The notes beneath the pieces were generated by a model. That model was not told where the DNA came from. It ran no database searches and saw only the letters and a program-made list of their open reading frames with translations. DNA of 64,000 nucleotides. Source: Verrucomicrobiota bacterium. GTDB lineage: Bacteria; Verrucomicrobiota; Verrucomicrobiia; Limisphaerales; AAA164-E04. Below are positions 60,856 through 64,000 of this stretch, one piece after another (position 1 is the stretch's first letter; each line of letters begins with the position of its first letter). The position numbers and the translations under genes are program-made. Where the stretch lies: the NCBI GenBank assembly GCA_047947115.1, contig CP170459.1:3296001-3360000 (forward strand), written 5' to 3'.

Positions 60856-63800
60856 ATGGACATCGTTTTTACAGAGCTGACATTGAATTACCTGACGGTG
60901 ACTCTGCTGGCTGCTGCGTTGTCTGCTTTTGCCCTGTTTGATTTGTGCAAAGGTCCTTTGCAACCTCTCCGAATCTCGTTTGCGGGCATGTCCTGCAGCA
61001 TGTTCATGCTGGCAGTCTCGTTGATGGGGGATAGCTTGTTTTACCAAAAATGGAGTTACTGGTTTTTGATTTCTCAGACAGTGTTTCTTGTTCCGATTGC
61101 AGGTTTTTTCCTGATATTTGCCTATCATTTTCCACGAAAACTGGCCACGCGCTCAAGGGAGTTGCCTTTCTGTATCCTGCTGGCCAGCCTGATTGAAGTA
61201 CGTGAAATTTATATTTTTTTCCATCGTGCCTGGGTGGCACATCAGGATGTCACTATTTACTGGCGCTCCCATGTGTCAGACGTGTTCATTTCTCTTTTGT
61301 TCTGTTGGGGTGTTATTGTGTTGCTGCGGCAATCGGCTCGTCCAGCTGAAGGGGAAGAGTCTGCGGGTGCGATTCGACGTCTCATCAAACCTGTCAGTCA
61401 TTCCGAACGACGGGCAAGAAACATGGGAGTGGTCTTTCTTTTCCCAACTTTGTTCACAACACAGCCGACCGACTATCCTTTGATGTCCTGGGTGGTGCTT
61501 GTTGTGTTGAGTCTCTTTGTATTGCTGTACTTGAATGAATCGCCGGAGAAGACCTCCTTCATGGTGAAGTTGACCGGTGTGTTTTTATGTTTCAATCTGC
61601 TGGTGTTGAGCGTCTGTGGAGGTCTCCTGATCATGAATGACCGGCGGGCCTCTCTAGAACCGGATCAGCAGGCGTATTCTGTTCATACAAGCAAACAATG
61701 GTTGGTTCAGGAGAATCAAAGTGTTGTGTTTACGCCTCTGCAGGGGCAGCCGGGATATCAGTTAGCGAAAACCTCGTTTGATTGGCACGCATCAGAAGGG
61801 GAACCGGTTTTCCCGCATGACGAGGAAGAAGGAGGGCAAAAACGGGTCATCTTGCCCTTCCTCTTCCCTTATTTCGGCCATTCTTTTCAGGAAGCCTTTG
61901 TCGCTTTGGACGGTTACCTGTCCTTTGATAAATTCGTCAATTTCAAGGTTTTTCGGTATGCTTATGGGAATGCCCCCCTGATCATACCTGCCCTGATGGA
62001 TGTTGGGGAACGGGATATGCAGCCCGGAGGGGGTGTTTTCGTGGATCGATCTACTGATCAGGTGGTGATCACCTGGCTTGAAATACCTTCGGATCGTCGC
62101 CCCGAATTAAAACATTCCTTTCAGCTTGTCCTGTTTCCGGATGGTCGGGTTCGCATGAACTACCGAAACTTGGATTCATTGAATGCGCTATACTATGACG
62201 CTCATTATCCGGTGGATATCCAGATGGCCGGTTTGGTGTCAGATGGTATCCGCGCAAGGCCGGAGAGACTGCATCAACGTCGTTGGAATCTTGAAGATCG
62301 ATTGCTTGTCGGGGTGGAAGGCCTGGTGGAGGACAATACCTTGATGCTGCTTCAGGCAGGTTGGTTTCATGGGCGGACTTTTACCTGGACGCTGTTGGCC
62401 GTTTTCTTTCTTTCACTCATCGGGTTGCCTCTGTTTTTTTATCACACATTGATTCGACCACTCCAGTCCCTGGTGGCGGGAGTGGATACGGTGAATCGTG
62501 GCAAGTTTGATGTGCAGGTGCCGGTGGGGTTCATGGATGAAATTGGTTTTCTGACCAAATCATTCAATCGTATGGTTCAGTATGTATCTCAAAGCACACA
62601 GCTACTCCATTCCTATCGAACCCAACTGGAAGACAAGGTCAAGGAACGCACCAAAGCACTTGAGGCGGCCAAGGCGGAAGCCGAACGGGCCAACGATGCA
62701 AAAGCTGCCTTTCTGGCAAATATGAGCCATGAGCTGCGCACACCGTTGCACCCAATCATTGGTTTCAGCCGGTTGGTGGCCGAAGGCAACAACCTGAACG
62801 ATGAGCAGTTGGAATCGTTGAACATCATCCATACAAGCGGTAATCATCTGCTCAACCTGATCAGTGACATCCTCATTGTCAGCAAAGCCGAGGCAGGAAA
62901 GGATCGGATCGTTGAATCAGAATTTAACTTGGTTGAGCTTCTGGATGATTTACGAGGGATTTTAAGCATGCAGATCAAGGAGCGGAATATGCCGTTGGAG
63001 TGGCACATTCCCACGGACATGCCGCTTCGCTATCGCAGTGATGCCAACAAAATCAAGCAGATCCTCCTGAACCTTGTCGGGAATGCGTTGAAGTTCACAT
63101 CCCATGGTAAAGTGGAGGTGAGTGTCCAATGGAACGATGAACCTCGCCAGATCAGTTGTTCACATATGGACCGTAAGATTCACCTGCAATTCATGGTGTC
63201 GGATACAGGGGAAGGCATTGCACAGGAGGACCAGAAGGATCTCTTCAAACCGTTTTTTCAATCCCCTCATTCCAATCGCAGGCACAAGGGAACCGGGCTT
63301 GGTTTGTCGATTTGCAAGCATTTTGCAGACATTCTCGGTGGTTCCATTCGCATTGAAAGTGAATTGACGGTTGGGACGACGGTGTATTTTGATGTCACCC
63401 TTAACGCGGTTGGTGAGCAAAAGATGGAATTCAAGCAGTCTGGTTCACAAGACTTGGTAACATTGGATGCAGTTGATCTGGAGCCGGCTTCCGTTCGCAT
63501 CCTGGTGGCCGAAGATGACCCGATCAATGCCAAGCTGATTCGATCCATGTTGGCTCCAGCGGGATTCCAACTAAAGATCGTTTCGGATGGTTTGCAGGCG
63601 TACGAGACTGCCAAGGATTGGAAACCACATTTGATCTGGATGGATATTCGCATGCCGGTCATGGACGGGCGTGATGCGACTCGAGCCATTCGCCAGTATG
63701 TTGAGGATGAAAAGATCGTGCCGAAACCCCTCATCATTGCTCTGACCGCTGATGTCAACCAGATTGAGAAGGAGGAGAAATTGTTGTCGGGATTTGATCG

Positions 63801-63894
63801 GGTGATGGTCAAGCCCAGTTCCAAGCAAGATCTAATGAACGCGATTCATGAACTGGTACCGCAAGCTGGTGATGCATCGATTTTTTGCGCGTGA
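60856..63894 (+). CDS. Hybrid sensor histidine kinase (multi-TM, NIDO-like domain, HAMP, HisKA, HATPase, REC)
   Basis: H-box FLANMSHELRTPL, QILLNLVGNALKFT, DTGEGI, GTGLGLSI; REC domain ILVAEDD..N, MDIRMPVMDG, IIALTA, KP. Confidence 0.93.
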   Translation: MDIVFTELTLNYLTVTLLAAALSAFALFDLCKGPLQPLRISFAGMSCSMFMLAVSLMGDSLFYQKWSYWFLISQTVFLVPIAGFFLIFAYHFPRKLATRSRELPFCILLASLIEVREIYIFFHRAWVAHQDVTIYWRSHVSDVFISLLFCWGVIVLLRQSARPAEGEESAGAIRRLIKPVSHSERRARNMGVVFLFPTLFTTQPTDYPLMSWVVLVVLSLFVLLYLNESPEKTSFMVKLTGVFLCFNLLVLSVCGGLLIMNDRRASLEPDQQAYSVHTSKQWLVQENQSVVFTPLQGQPGYQLAKTSFDWHASEGEPVFPHDEEEGGQKRVILPFLFPYFGHSFQEAFVALDGYLSFDKFVNFKVFRYAYGNAPLIIPALMDVGERDMQPGGGVFVDRSTDQVVITWLEIPSDRRPELKHSFQLVLFPDGRVRMNYRNLDSLNALYYDAHYPVDIQMAGLVSDGIRARPERLHQRRWNLEDRLLVGVEGLVEDNTLMLLQAGWFHGRTFTWTLLAVFFLSLIGLPLFFYHTLIRPLQSLVAGVDTVNRGKFDVQVPVGFMDEIGFLTKSFNRMVQYVSQSTQLLHSYRTQLEDKVKERTKALEAAKAEAERANDAKAAFLANMSHELRTPLHPIIGFSRLVAEGNNLNDEQLESLNIIHTSGNHLLNLISDILIVSKAEAGKDRIVESEFNLVELLDDLRGILSMQIKERNMPLEWHIPTDMPLRYRSDANKIKQILLNLVGNALKFTSHGKVEVSVQWNDEPRQISCSHMDRKIHLQFMVSDTGEGIAQEDQKDLFKPFFQSPHSNRRHKGTGLGLSICKHFADILGGSIRIESELTVGTTVYFDVTLNAVGEQKMEFKQSGSQDLVTLDAVDLEPASVRILVAEDDPINAKLIRSMLAPAGFQLKIVSDGLQAYETAKDWKPHLIWMDIRMPVMDGRDATRAIRQYVEDEKIVPKPLIIALTADVNQIEKEEKLLSGFDRVMVKPSSKQDLMNAIHELVPQAGDASIFCA

Positions 63895-64000
63895 AGATTC
63901 TAATTGTTCATAACAGCCTGAATGACGGCACTTCCATGTCGGGAGTGCTGAAGCACTATTTGTTGATGGCGAGGGCATGGTCGCAAAGGGGGAATCAGGT

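Overview
This 64 kb window looks like a chromosomal segment of a PVC-superphylum bacterium, most likely Verrucomicrobiota. The inference rests on the DUF1501/1549/1552/1592 genes, ASPIC/UnbV proteins, a sulfatase, an LTD-CotH protein and a TGTTC-N4-(G/A)AACA-type box at lexA. Housekeeping genes include a sigma-70 factor, apt, an 8-oxoG glycosylase, proS, lexA, yhbY, rhaM, ispH, dgt, an IscA/ErpA protein and tRNA-Leu(TAA). The rest is mostly large secreted or periplasmic proteins, plus an AT-rich islet with a nonsense-inactivated IS1-family element at the tRNA 3' end. The most striking structure is a family of TTAG/CTAA-core heptamer arrays. One pair of inverted arrays encloses a four-helix-bundle (IVP/Avd-like) gene, and its predicted stem closes exactly between the stop codon of the DUF1592 gene and the start codon of the DUF1552 gene (6475-6992). 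A solo 23-unit array (4942-5100) and an 'empty' inverted array (10760-10876) lie nearby. Other notable items are a PanB paralog lacking its metal-binding motifs, tandem palindromic operators, a five-repeat surface protein, a shared C-terminal 'RF(F/Y)' domain on two secreted proteins, and a hybrid kinase with a NIDO-like sensor domain. All family assignments come from motif recognition by eye; no database searches were run.
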